Shown one piece after another: positions 12,401 through 24,500 of a DNA stretch of 64,000 nucleotides. Under the pieces are notes generated by a model. It searched no databases, had not been told where the DNA came from, and was given only the letters and a program-made list of their open reading frames with translations. The DNA is from Eledone cirrhosa (Eukaryota). Position numbers and translations under genes: made by a program. Position 1 is the first letter of the stretch; each line of letters starts with the position of its first letter. Where the stretch lies: positions 62,001 through 126,000 of the forward strand of contig CAXHJY010000898.1 in NCBI GenBank assembly GCA_964016885.1, given 5' to 3'.

Positions 12401-15400
12401 GCTTAGCTTAGGATAGCTTAGCTTAGCTTAGGATAGCTTAGGATAGCTTAGCTTAGGATAGCTTAGGATAGCTTAGCTTAGGATAGCTTAGCTTAAGATA
12501 GCTTAGGATAGCTTAGCTTAGGATAGCTTAGCTTAGGATAGCTTAGCTTAGCTTAGCTTAGGATAGCTTAGCTTGGGATAGCTTAGGATAGCTTAGCTTA
12601 GGATAGCTTAGGATAGCTTAGCTTAGCTTAGCTTAGGATAGCTTACCTTAGCTTAGGATAGATTAGCTTAGCTTAGCTTAGGATAGCTTAGCTTAGCTTA
12701 GGATAGCTTAGCTTAGCTTAGCTTAGGATAGCTTAGCTTAGGATAGCTTAGCTTAGGATAGCTTAGCTTAGGATAGCTTAGCTTAGGATAGCTTAGCTTA
12801 GGTAGCTTAGCTTAGCTTAGCTTAGGTTAGCTTAGCTTAGCTTAGCTTAGGATAGCTTAGCTTAGGATAGCTTAGGATAGCTTAGCTTAGCTTAGCTTAG
12901 GATAGCTTAGCTTAGCTTAGCTTAGGATAGCTTAGCTTAGCTTAGGATAGCTTAGCTTAGCTTAGCTTAGGATAGCTTAGCTTAGCTTAGCTTAGGATAG
13001 CTTAGCTTAGCTTAGCTTAGGATAGCTTAGCTTAGCTTAGTTTAGGATAGCTTAGGTTAGGATAGCTTAGCTTAGCTTAGCTTAGGATAGCTTAGCTTAG
13101 CTTAGCTTAGCTTAGGATAGCTTAGCTTAGCTTAGCTTAGGATAGCTTAGCTTAGCTTAGGATAGCTTAGCTTAGCTTAGCTTAGGATAGCTTAGCTTAG
13201 CTTAGCTTAGGATAGCTTAGCTTAGCTTAGCTTAGGATAGCTTAGCTTGGCTTAGCTTAGGATAGCTTAGCTTAGCTTGGCTTAGGATAGCCTAGCTTAG
13301 CTTAGCTTAGGATGGCTTAGCTTAGCTTAGCTTAGGATAGCTTAGCTTAGCTTAGCTTAGCTTAGTTTAGGATAGCTTAGCTTAGCTTAGCTTAGGATAG
13401 CTTAGGATAGCTTAGCTTAGGATAGCTTAGGATAGCTTAGCTTAGGATAGCTTAGGATAGCTTAGCTTAGGATAGCTTAGCTTAGGATAGATTAGCTTAG
13501 GATAGCTTATGATAGCTTAGCTTAGGATAGCTTAGGATAGCTTAGGATAGCTTAGCTTAGGATAGCTTAGCTTAGGATAGCTTAGGAAAGCTTAGCTTAG
13601 CTTAGCTTAGGATAGCTTAGCTTAGCTTAGGATAGCTTAGCTTAGCTTAGCTTAGCTTAGGATAGCTTAGCTTAGCTTAGCTTAGGATAGCTTAGGATAG
13701 CTTAGCTTAGGATAACTTAGGATAGCTTAGCTTAGGATAGCTTAGGATAGCTTAGCTTAGGATAGCTTAGCTTAGGATAGCTTAGCTTAGCTTAGCTTAG
13801 CTTAGGATAGCTTAGGATAGCTTAGGATAGCTTAGCTTAGGATAGCTTAGCTTAGGATAGCTTAGGATAGCTTAGCTTAGCTTAGCTTAGGATAGCTTAG
13901 CTTAGCTTAGCTTAGGATAGCTTAGCTTAGCTTTGCTTAGGATAGCTTAGCTTAGGATAGCTTAGGATAGCTTAGCTTAGCATAGCTTAGGATAGCTTAG
14001 CTTAGGATAGCTTAGCTTAGGATAGCTTAGGATAGCTTAGCTTAGGATAGCTTAGGATAGCTTAGCTTAGGATAGCTTAGCTTAGGATAGCTTAGCTTAG
14101 CTTAGATTAGGATAGCTTAGCTTAGCTTAGCTTAGGATAGCTTAGGATAGCTTAGCTTAGGATAGCTTAGGATAGCTTAGCTTAGGATAGCTTAGCTTAG
14201 GATAGCTTAGCTTAGGATAGCTTAGGATAGCTTAGCTTAGGATAGCTTAGCTTAGGATAGCTTAGGATAGCTTAGCTTAGCTTAGGATAGCTTAGCTTAG
14301 CTTAGCTTATGATAGCTTAGCTTAGCTTAGCTTAGCTTAGGATAGCTTAGCTTAGCTTAGCTTAGGATAGCTTAGGATAGCTTAGCTTAGGATAGCTTAG
14401 CTTAGCTTAGCTTAGGATAGCTTAGGATAGCTTAGCTTAGGATAGCTTAGGATAGCTTAGGATAGCTTAGCTTAGGATAGCTTAGCTTAGCTTAGCTTAG
14501 GAGAGCTTAGCTTAGGAAAGCTTAGGATAGCTTAGCTTAGGATAGCTTAGCTTAGGATAGCTTAGGATAGCTTAGCTTAGCTTAGCTTAGGATAGCTTAG
14601 CTTAGCTTAGCTTAGGATAGCTTAGCTTAGCTTAGGATAGCTTAGCTTAGCTTACCTTAGGATAGCTTAGCTTAGCTTAGGATAGCTTAGCTTAGCTTAG
14701 CTTAGGATAGCTTAGCTTAGCTTAGGATAGCTTAGCTTAGCTTAGCTTAGGATAGCTTAGCTTAGGACAGCTTAGCTTAGGTTAGCTTAGCTTAGCTTAG
14801 CTTAGGATAGCTTAGGATAGCTTAGCTTAGCTTAGCTTAGGATAGCTTAGCTTAGCTTAGGATAGCTTAGCTTAGGATAGCTTAGGATAGCTTAGCTTAG
14901 CTTAGCTTAGCTTAGGATAGCTTAGCTTAGCTTAGCTTAGGATAGCTTAGCTTAGCTTAGGATAGCTTAGCTTAGCTTAGCTTAGGATAGCTTAGGATAG
15001 CTTAGGATAGCTTAGGATAGCTTAGCTTAGGATAGCTTAGCTTAGCTTAGCTTAGGATAGCTTAGCTTAGCTTAGCTTAGGATAGCTTAGCTTAGCTTAG
15101 GATAGCTTAGCTTAGCTTAGCTTAGGATAGCTTAGCTTAGCTTAGCTTAGGATAGCTTAGCTTAGCTTAGCTTAGGTTAGCTTAGCTTAGCTTAACTTAG
15201 GATAGCTTAGCTTAGCTTAGCTTAGCTTAGGATAGCTTAGCTTAGCTTAGGATAGCTTAGCTTAGCTTAGCTTAGGATAGCTTAGCTTAGCTTAGGTTAG
15301 CTTAGCTTAGCTTAGCTTAGGAGAGCTTAGCTTAGCTTAGCTTAGGATAGCTTAGCTTAGCTTAGCTTAGGATAGCTTAGCTTAGCTTAGCTTAGGATAG

Positions 15401-15849
15401 CTTAGCTTAGCTTAGCTTAGGATAGCTTAGCTTAGCTTAGCTTAGGATAGCTTAGCTTAGCTTAGGATAGCTTAGCTTAGCTTAGCTTAGGATAGCTTAG
15501 GATAGCTTACCTTAGGAGAGCTTAGCTTAGGATAGCTTAGCTTAGGATAGCTTAGGATAACTTAGCTTAGGATAGCTTAGCTTAGGATAGCTTAGCTTAG
15601 GATAGCTTAGCTTAGGATAGCTTAGGATAGCTTAGCTTAGCTTAGGATAGCTTAGCTTAGCTTTGCTTAGGATAGCTTAGCTTAGCTTAGCTTAGGATAG
15701 CTTAGGATAGCTTAGCTTAGGATAGCTTAGGATAGCTTAGCTTAGGATAGCTTAGCTTAGGATAGCTTAGGATAGCTTAGCTTAGCTTAGCTTAGGATAG
15801 CTTAGGATAGCTTAGGATAGCTTAGCTTAGCTTAGCTTTGGATAGCTTA

Positions 15850-17520
15850 GCTTAGCTTAGCTTAGGATAGCTTAGCTTAGCTTAGCTTAGGATAGCTTAG
15901 CTTAGCTTAGGATAGCTTAGCTTAGCTTAGCTTAGGATAGCTTAGCTTAGCTTAGGATAGCTTAGCTTAGCTTAGCTTAGGATAGCTTAGCTTTGCTTAG
16001 GATAGCTTAGCTTAGCTTAGCTTAGGATAGCTTAGCTTAGCTTAGCTTAGGATAGCTTAGCTTAGGTTAGCTTAGGATAGCTTAGGATAGCTTAGGATAG
16101 CTTAGCTTAGCTTAGCTTAGGATAGCTTAGCTTAGCTTAGCTTAGGATAGCTTAGCTTAGCTTAGCTTAGGATAGCTTAGCTTAGCTTAGGATAGCTTAG
16201 CTTAGCTTAGCTTAGGATAGCTTAGCTTAGCTTAGGATAGCTTAGCTTAGCTTAGCTTAGGATAGCTTAGCTTTGCTTAGGATAGCTTAGCTTAGCTTAG
16301 CTTAGGATAGCTTAGCTTAGCTTAGCTTAGGATAGCTTAGCTTAGCTTAGCTTAGGATAGATTAGCTTAGCTTAGGATAGCTTAGCTTAGCTTAGCTTAG
16401 GAAAGCTTAGCTTAGCTTAGGATAGCTTAGCTTAGCTTAGCTTAGGAGAGCTTAGCTTAGCTTAGGATAGCTTAGCTTAGCTTAGCTTAGGATAGCTTAG
16501 CTTAGCTTAGCTTAGGTAGCTTAGCTTAGCTTAGCTTAGGATAGCTTAGCTTAGCTTAGCTTAGCTTAGGATAGCTTAGCTTAGCTTAGCTTAGGATAGC
16601 TTAGCTTAGCTTAGCTTAGGATAGCTTAGGATAGCTTAGCTTAGGATAGCTTAGGATAGCTTACCTTAGGAGAGCTTAGCTTAGGATAGCTTAGCTTAGG
16701 ATAGCTTAGGATAGCTTAGCTTAGGATAGCTTAGCTTAGGATAGCTTAGCTTAGGATAGCTTAGGATCGCTTAGCTTAGCTTAGCTTAGGATAGCTTAGC
16801 TTAGCTTAGCTTAGGATAGCTTAGCTTAGGTTAGCTTAGCTTAGCTTAGCTTAGGATAGCTTAGCTTAGGATAGCTTAGGATAGCTTAGCTTAGGATAGC
16901 TTAGCTTAGGATAGCTTAGCTTAGCTTTGCTTAGGATAGCTTAGCTTAGCTTAGCTTAGGATAGCTTAGCTTAGCTTAGCTTAGGATAGCTTAGCTTAGC
17001 TTAGCTTAGGATAGCTTAGCTTAGCTTAGCTTAGGATAGCTTAGCTTAGGATAGCTTAGCTTAGCTTAGCTTAGGATCGCTTAGCTTAGCTTAGCTTAGG
17101 ATAGCTTAGCTTAGCTTAGGATAGCTTAGCTTAGCTTAGCTTAGGATAGCTTAGCTTAGCTTAGGATAGCTTAGGATAGCTTAGCTTAGGAGAGCTTAGC
17201 TTAGCTTAGCTTAGGATAGCTTAGCTTAGCTTAGCTTAGGATAGCTTAGCTTAACTTAGCTTAGGATAGCTTAGCTTAGCTTAACTTAGCTTAGCTTAGC
17301 TTAGCTTAGCTTAGGATAGCTTAGCTTAGCTTAGCTTAGGATAGCTTAGCTTAGCTTAGCTTAGGATAGCTTAGGATAGCTTAGCTTAGGATAGCTTAGG
17401 ATAGCTTACCTTAGGAGAGCTTAGCTTAGGATAGCTTAGCTTAGGATAGCTTAGGATAGCTTAGCTTAGGATAGCTTAGCTTAGGATAGCTTAGCTTAGG
17501 ATAGCTTAGGATAGCTTAGC
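15850..17520 (+). repeat. ~1.6-kb block repeated at ~28100-29790 and (part) ~49770-50890
   Basis: TTTGC 15992/28257, GGTAGC 16515/28775/49934, TTACC 16661/28921/50025, ATCGC 17076/29346/50450, TTAAC 17251/29521/50625. Confidence 0.85.
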
Positions 17521-17699
17521 TTAGGATAGCTTAGCTTAGGATAGCTTAGGATTGCTTAGCTTAACTTAGTTTAGGATAGCTTAGCTTAGCTTAGCTTAGG
17601 ATAGCTTAGCTTAGCTTAGCTTAGGATAGCTTAGCTTAGCTTAGGATAGCTTAGGATAGCTTAGCTTAGGATAGCTTAGGATAGCTTAGCTTAGGATAG

Positions 17700-20600
17700 C
17701 TTAGCTTAGCTTAGCTTAGGATAGCTTAGCTTAGCTTAGCTTAGAATAGCTTAGCTTAGGATAGCTTAGCTTAGGATAGCTTAGCTTAGGATAGCTTAGC
17801 TTAGGATAGCTTAGGATAGCTTAGCTTAGGATAGCTTAGGATAGCTTAGCTTAGGATAGCTTAGCTTAGCTTAGCTTAGGATAGCTTAGCTTAGCTTAGG
17901 ATAGCTTAGCTTAGCTTAGCTTAGGATAGCTTAGCTTAGGATAGCTTAGGAAAGCTTAGCTTAGCTTAGCTTAGGATAGCTTAGCTTAGCTTAGCTTAGG
18001 ATAGCTTAGCTTAGCTTAGGATAGCTTAGCTTAGCTTAGCTTAGGATAGCTTAGCTTAGCTTAGTTTAGGATAGCTTAGCTTAGCTTAGCTTAGGATAGC
18101 TTAGCTTGGCTTAGCTTAGGATAGCTTAGCTTAGCTTAGCTTAGGATAGCTTAGCTTAGGATAGCTTAGCTTAGCTTAGCTTAGGATAGCTTAGCTTAGC
18201 TTAGCTTAGGATAGCTTAGCTTAGGATAGCTTAGCTTAGCTTAGCTTAGGATAGCTTAGCATAGCTTAGCTTAGGATAGCTTAGCTTAGCTTAGCTTAGG
18301 ATAGCTTAGCTTAGCTTAGCTTAGGATAGCTTAGCTTAGCTTAGCTTAGGATAGCTTAGCTTAGCTTAGCTTAGGATAGCTTAGCTTAGCTTAGCTTAGG
18401 ATAGCTTAGCATAGCTTAGCTTAGGATAGCTTAGCTTAGCTTAGCTTAGGATAGCTTAGCTTAGCTTAGGATAGCTTAGCTTAGCTTGGCTTAGGATAGC
18501 TTAGCTTAGCTTGGCTTAGGATAGCTTAGCTTAGCTTAGCTTAGGATAGCTTAGCTTAGGATAGCTTAGGATAGCTTAGCTTAGCTTAGCTTAGGATAGC
18601 TTAGCTTAGTTTAGGATAGCTTAGCTTAGCTTAGCTTAGGATAGCTTAGGATAGCTTAGCTTAGGATAGCTTAGGATAGCTTAGCTTAGGATAGCTTAGG
18701 ATAGCTTAGCTTAGGATAGCTTAGGATAGCTTAGGTTAGGATAGCTTAGCTTAGGATAGCTTAGGATAGCTTAGCTTAGGATAGCTTAGGATAGCTTAGC
18801 TTAGGATAGCTTAGGATAGCTTAGCTTAGGATAGCTTAGCTTAGGATAGCTTAGGAAAGCTTAGCTTAGCTTAGCTTAGGATAGCTTAGCTTAGCTTAGC
18901 TTAGGATAGCTTAGCTTAGCTTAGCTTAGGATAGCTTAGGATAGCTTAGCTTAGGATAGCTTAGGATAGCTTAGCTTAGGATAGCTTAGCTTAGGATAGC
19001 TTAGCTTAGGATAGCTTAGGATAGCTTAGCTTAGGATAGCTTAGGATAGCTTAGCTTAGGTAGCTTAGCTTAGGATAGCTTAGGATAGCTTAGCTTAGCT
19101 TAGCTTAGGATAGCTTAGCTTAGCTTAGGATAGCTTAGCTTAGCTTAGCTTAGCTTAGGATAGCTTAGCTTAGCTTAGGATAGCTTAGGATAGCTTAGCT
19201 TAGGATAGCTTAGGATAGCTTAGCTTAGGATAGCTTAGGATAGCTTAGCTTAGGATAGCTTAGGATAGCTTAGCTTAGGATAGCTTAGCTTAGGATAGAT
19301 TAGCTTAGCTTAGCTTAGGATAGCTTAGCTTAGGATAGCTTAGGATATCTTAGGTTAGGATAGCTTAGCTTAGGATAGCTTAGGATAGATTAGCTTAGCT
19401 TAGCTTAGGATAGCTTAGCTTAGCTTAGCTTAGGATAGCTTAGCTTAGCTTAGGATAGCTTAGCTTAGCTTAGCTTAGGATAGCTTAGCTTAGCTTAGCT
19501 TAGGATAGCTTAGCTTAGCTTAGGATAGCTTAGCTTAGCTTAGCTTAGGATAGCTTAGCTTAGCTTAGCTTAGGATAGCTTAGCTTAGGATAGCTTAGCT
19601 TAGGATAGCTTAGCTTAGGTTAGCTTAGCTTAGCTTAGCTTAGGATAGCTTAGGATAGCTTAGCTTAGGATAACTTAGCTTAGCTTAGCTTAGGATAGCT
19701 TAGCTTAGCTTAGCTTAGGATAGCTTAGCTTAGCTTAGCTTAGGATAGCTTAGCTTAGGATAGCTTAGGATTGCTTAGCTTAGCTTAGCTTAGGATAGCT
19801 TAGCTTAGCTTAGCTTAGGATAGCTTAGCTTAGCTTAGGATAGCTTAGCTTAGCTTAGCTTAGGATAGCTTAGCTTAGCTTAGCTTAGGATAGCTTAGCT
19901 TAGCTTAGCTTAGGATAGCTTAGGATAGCTTAGGATAGCTTAGCTTAGCTTAGCTTAGGATAGCTTAGCTTAGCTTAGGATAGCTTAGCTTAGCTTAGCT
20001 TAGGATAGCTTAGCTTAGCTTAGGATAGCTTAGCTTAGCTTAGCTTAGGATAGCTTAGCTTAGCTTAGCTTAGGATAGCTTAGCTTAGCTTAGCTTAGGA
20101 TAGCTTAGCTTAGCTTAGCTTAGGATAGCTTAGCTTAGCTTAGCTTAGGATAGATTAGCTTAGCTTAGGATAGCTTAGCTTAGCTTAGCTTAGGAAAGCT
20201 TAGCTTAGCTTAGGATAGCTTAGCTTAGCTTAGCTTAGGAGAGCTTAGCTTAGCTTAGCTTAGGATAGCTTAGCTTAGCTTAGGATAGCTTAGCTTAGCT
20301 TAGGTAGCTTAGCTTAGCTTAGCTTAGGATAGCTTAGCTTAGCTTAGCTTAGCTTAGGATAGCTTAGCTTAGCTTAGCTTAGGAGAGCTTAGCTTAGCTT
20401 AGCTTAGGATAGCTTAGGATAGCTTAGCTTAGGATAGCTTAGGATAGCTTACCTTAGGAGAGCTTAGCTTAGGATAGCTTAGCTTAGGATAGCTTAGGAT
20501 AGCTTAGCTTAGGATAGCTTAGCTTAGGATAGCTTAGCTTAGGATAGCTTAGGATAGCTTAGCTTAGCTTAGCTTAGGATAGCTTAGCTTAGCTTAGCTT

Positions 20601-21300
20601 AGGATAGCTTAGCTTAGGTTAGCTTAGCTTAGCTTAGCTTAGCTTAGGATAGCTTAGCTTAGGATAGCTTAGGATAGCTTAGGATAGCTTAGCTTAGGAT
20701 AGCTTAGCTTAGGATAGCTTAGGATAGCTTAGCTTAGGATAGCTTAGGATAGCTTAGCTTAGGATAGCTTAGCTTAGGATAGCTTAGGATAGCTTAGCTT
20801 AGCTTAGCTTAGGATAGCTTAGCTTAGCTTAGCTTAGGATAGCTTAGCTTAGCTTAGGATTGCTTAGCTTAGCTTAGCTTAGGATAGCTTAGGATAGCTT
20901 AGCTTAGGATAGCTTAGCTTAGGATAGCTTAGGATAGCTTAGGATAGCTTAGCTTAGCTTAGCTTAGGATAGCTTAGCTTAGCTTAGCTTAGGATAGCTT
21001 AGCTTAGCTTAGCTTAGGATAGCTTAGCTTAGCTTAGGATAGCTTAGCTTAGCTTAGCTTAGGATAGCTTAGCTTAGCTTAGCTTAGGACAGCTTAGCTT
21101 AGCTTAGCTTAGGATAGCTTAGCTTAGCTTAGGATAGCTTAGCTTAGCTTAGCTTAGGATAGCTTAGCTTAGGATAGCTTAGCTTAGGATAGCTTAGCTT
21201 GGGTTAGCTTAGCTTAGCTTAGCTTAGGATAGCTTAGGATAGCTTAGCTTAGGATAGCTTAGCTTAGCTTAGCTTAGGATAGCTTAGCTTAGCTTAGCTT
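17700..21300 (+). repeat. ~3.5-kb higher-order block X, copy 1
   Basis: Ordered markers: TTAGA 17741, AAAGC 17951, TTAGT 18061, TTGGC 18106/18486/18511, GATATC 19344, ATAAC 19670, ATTGC 19770, GGTAGC 20303, TTACC 20449, ACAGC 21089, TTGGG 21199. Confidence 0.9.
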
Positions 21301-21549
21301 AGGATAGCTTAGCTTAGCTTAGCTTAGGATAGCTTAGCTTAGCTTAGGATAGCTTAGCTTAGCTTAGCTTAGGATAGCTTAGCTTAGCTTAGCTTAGGAT
21401 AGCTTAGCTTAGCTTAGCTTAGGATAGCTTAGGATAGCTTAGGATAGCTTAGCTTAGCTTAGCTTAGGATAGCTTAGCTTAGCTTAGCTTAGGATAGCTT
21501 AGCTTAGCTTAGCTTAGGATAGCTTAGCTTAGCTTAGGATAGCTTAGCT

Positions 21550-24500
21550 TAGCTTAGGATAGCTTAGCTTAGCTTAGCTTAGGATAGCTTAGCTTAGCTT
21601 AGCTTAGGATAGCTTAGGATAGCTTAGCTTAGGATAGCTTAGGATAGCTTAGCTTAGGATAGCTTAGGATAGCTTAGGTTAGGATAGCTTAGCTTAGGAT
21701 AGCTTAGGATAGCTTAGCTTAGGATAGCTTAGGATAGCTTAGCTTAGGATAGCTTAGGATAGCTTAGCTTAGGATAGCTTAGCTTAGGATAGCTTAGGAA
21801 AGCTTAGCTTAGCTTAGCTTAGGATAGCTTAGCTTAGCTTAGCTTAGGATAGCTTAGCTTAGCTTAGCTTAGGATAGCTTAGGATAGCTTAGCTTAGGAT
21901 AGCTTAGGATAGCTTAGCTTAGGATAGCTTAGCTTAGGATAGCTTAGCTTAGGATAGCTTAGGATAGCTTAGCTTAGGATAGCTTAGGATAGCTTAGCTT
22001 AGGATAGCTTAGCTTAGGATAGCTTAGGATAGCTTAGCTTAGCTTAGCTTAGGATAGCTTAGCTTAGCTTAGCTTAGGATAGCTTAGCTTAGCTTAGCTT
22101 AGCTTAGCTTAGGATAGCTTAGGATAGCTTAGCTTAGGATAGCTTAGGATAGCTTAGCTTAGGATAGCTTAGCTTAGGATAGCTTAGCTTAGCTTAGCTT
22201 AGGATAGCTTAGCTTAGGATAGCTTAGGATAGCTTAGCTTAGGATAGCTTAGCTTAGGATAGCTTAGGATAGCTTAGCTTAGCTTAGCTTAGGATAGCTT
22301 AGCTTAGCTTAGCTTAGGATAGCTTAGCTTAGCTTAGGATAGCTTAGCTTAGCTTAGCTTAGGATAGCTTAGCTTAGCTTAGCTTAGGATAGCTTAGCTT
22401 AGGATAGCTTAGGATAGCTTAGCTTAGCTTAGCTTAGGATAGCTTAGCTTAGCTTAGCTTAGGATAGCTTAGCTTAGCTTAGGATAGCTTAGCTTAGCTT
22501 AGCTTAGGATAGCTTAGCCTAGCTTAGCTTAGGATAGCTTAGCTTAGCTTAGCTTAGGATAGCTTAGCTTAGGATAGCTTAGGATAGCTTAGCTTAGCTT
22601 AGCTTAGGATAGCTTAGCTTAGCTTAGGATAGCTTAGCTTAGCTTAGGATAGCTTAGCTTAGCTTAGCTTAGGATAGCTTAGCTTAGCTTAGCTTAGGAT
22701 AGCTTAGCTTAGGTTAGCTTAGGATAGCTTAGGATAGCTTAGGATAGCTTAGCTTAGCTTAGCTTAGCTTAGGATAGCTTAACTTAGCTTAGGATAGCTT
22801 AGCTTAGCTTAGCTTAGGATAGCTTAGCTTAGCTTAGCTTAGGATAGCTTAGCTTAGCTTAGCTTAGGATAGCTTAGCTTAGCTTAGCTTAGGATAGCTT
22901 AGCTTAGCTTAGCTTAGGATAGCTTAGCTTAGCTTAGCTTAGAATAGCTTAGCTTAGGATAGCTTAGCTTAGGATAGCTTAGGATAGCTTAGCTTAGCTT
23001 AGGATAGCTTCGCTTAGGATAGCTTAGCTTAGCTTAGCTTAGGATAGCTTAGCTTAGCTTAGGATAGCTTAGCTTAGCTTAGCTTAGGATAGCTTAGCTT
23101 AGGATAGCTTAGGAAAGCTTAGCTTAGCTTAGCTTAGCTTAGCTTAGCTTAGCTTAGCTTAGGATAGCTTAGCTTAGCTTAGGATAGTTTAGCTTAGCTT
23201 AGCTTAGGATAGCTTAGCTTAGCTTAGCTTAGGATAGCTTAGCTTAGCTTAGCTTAGGATAGCTTAGCTTAGCTTAGGATAGCTTAGCTTAGCTTAGCTT
23301 AGGATAGCTTAGCTTAGCTTAGGATAGCTTAGCTTAGCTTAGCTTAGGATAGCTTAGCTTAGCTTAGCTTAGGATAGCTTAGCTTAGGATAGCTTAGCTT
23401 AGCTTAGGATAGCTTAGCTTAGCTTAGCTTAGGATAGCTTAGCTTAGCTTAGCTTAGGATAGCTTAGCTTAGCTTAGCTTAGTATAGCTTAGCTTAGCTT
23501 AGCTTAGGATAGCTTACCTTAGCTTAGCTTAGGATAGCTTAGCTTAGCTTAGCTTAGGATAGCTTAGCTTAGCTTAGCTTAGGATAGCTTAGCTTAGCTT
23601 AGCTTAGGATAGCTTAGCTTAGCTTGGCTTAGGATAGCTTAGCTTAGCTTGGCTTAGTATAGCTTAGCTTAGCTTAGCTTAGGATAGCTTAGCTTAGCTT
23701 AGCTTAGCTTAGCTTAGCTTAGGATAGCTTAGCTTAGCTTAGCTTAGCTTAGGATAGCTTAGCTTAGCTTAGCTTAGCTTAGGATAGCTTAGCTTAGCTT
23801 AGCTTAGCTTAGCTTAGGATAGCTTAGCTTAGCTTAGCTTAGGATAGCTTAGCTTAGTTTAGGATAGCTTAGCTTAGCTTAGCTTAGGATAGCTTAGGAT
23901 AGCTTAGCTTAGGATAGCTTAGGATAGCTTAGCTTAGGATAGCTTAGGATAGCTTAGGTTAGGATAGCTTAGCTTAGGATAGATTAGGATAGCTTAGCTT
24001 AGGATAGCTTAGGATAGCTTAGCTTAGGATAGCTTAGGATAGCTTAGCTTAGAATAGCTTAGCTTAGGATAGCTTAGGAAAGCTTAGCTTAGCTTAGCTT
24101 AGGATAGCTTAGCTTAGCTTAGCTTAGGATAGCTTAGCTTAGCTTAGCTTAGGATAGCTTAGGATAGCTTAGCTTAGGATAGCTTAGGATAGCTTAGCTT
24201 TGGATAGCTTAGCTTAGGAGAGCTTAGCTTAGGATAGCTTAGGATAGCTTAGCTTAGGATAGCTTAGGATAGCTTAGCTTAGGATAGCTTAGCTTAGGAT
24301 AGCTTAGGATAGCTTAGCTTAGCTTAGCTTAGGATAGCTTAGCTTAGCTTAGCTTAGCTTAGGATAGCTTAGCTTAGCTTAGCTTAGCTTAGGATAGCTT
24401 AGCTTAGCTTAGCTTAGGATAGCTTAGGATAGCTTAGCTTAGGATAGCTTAGGATAGCTTAGCTTAGGATAGCTTAGGATAGCTTAGCTTAGGATAGCTT

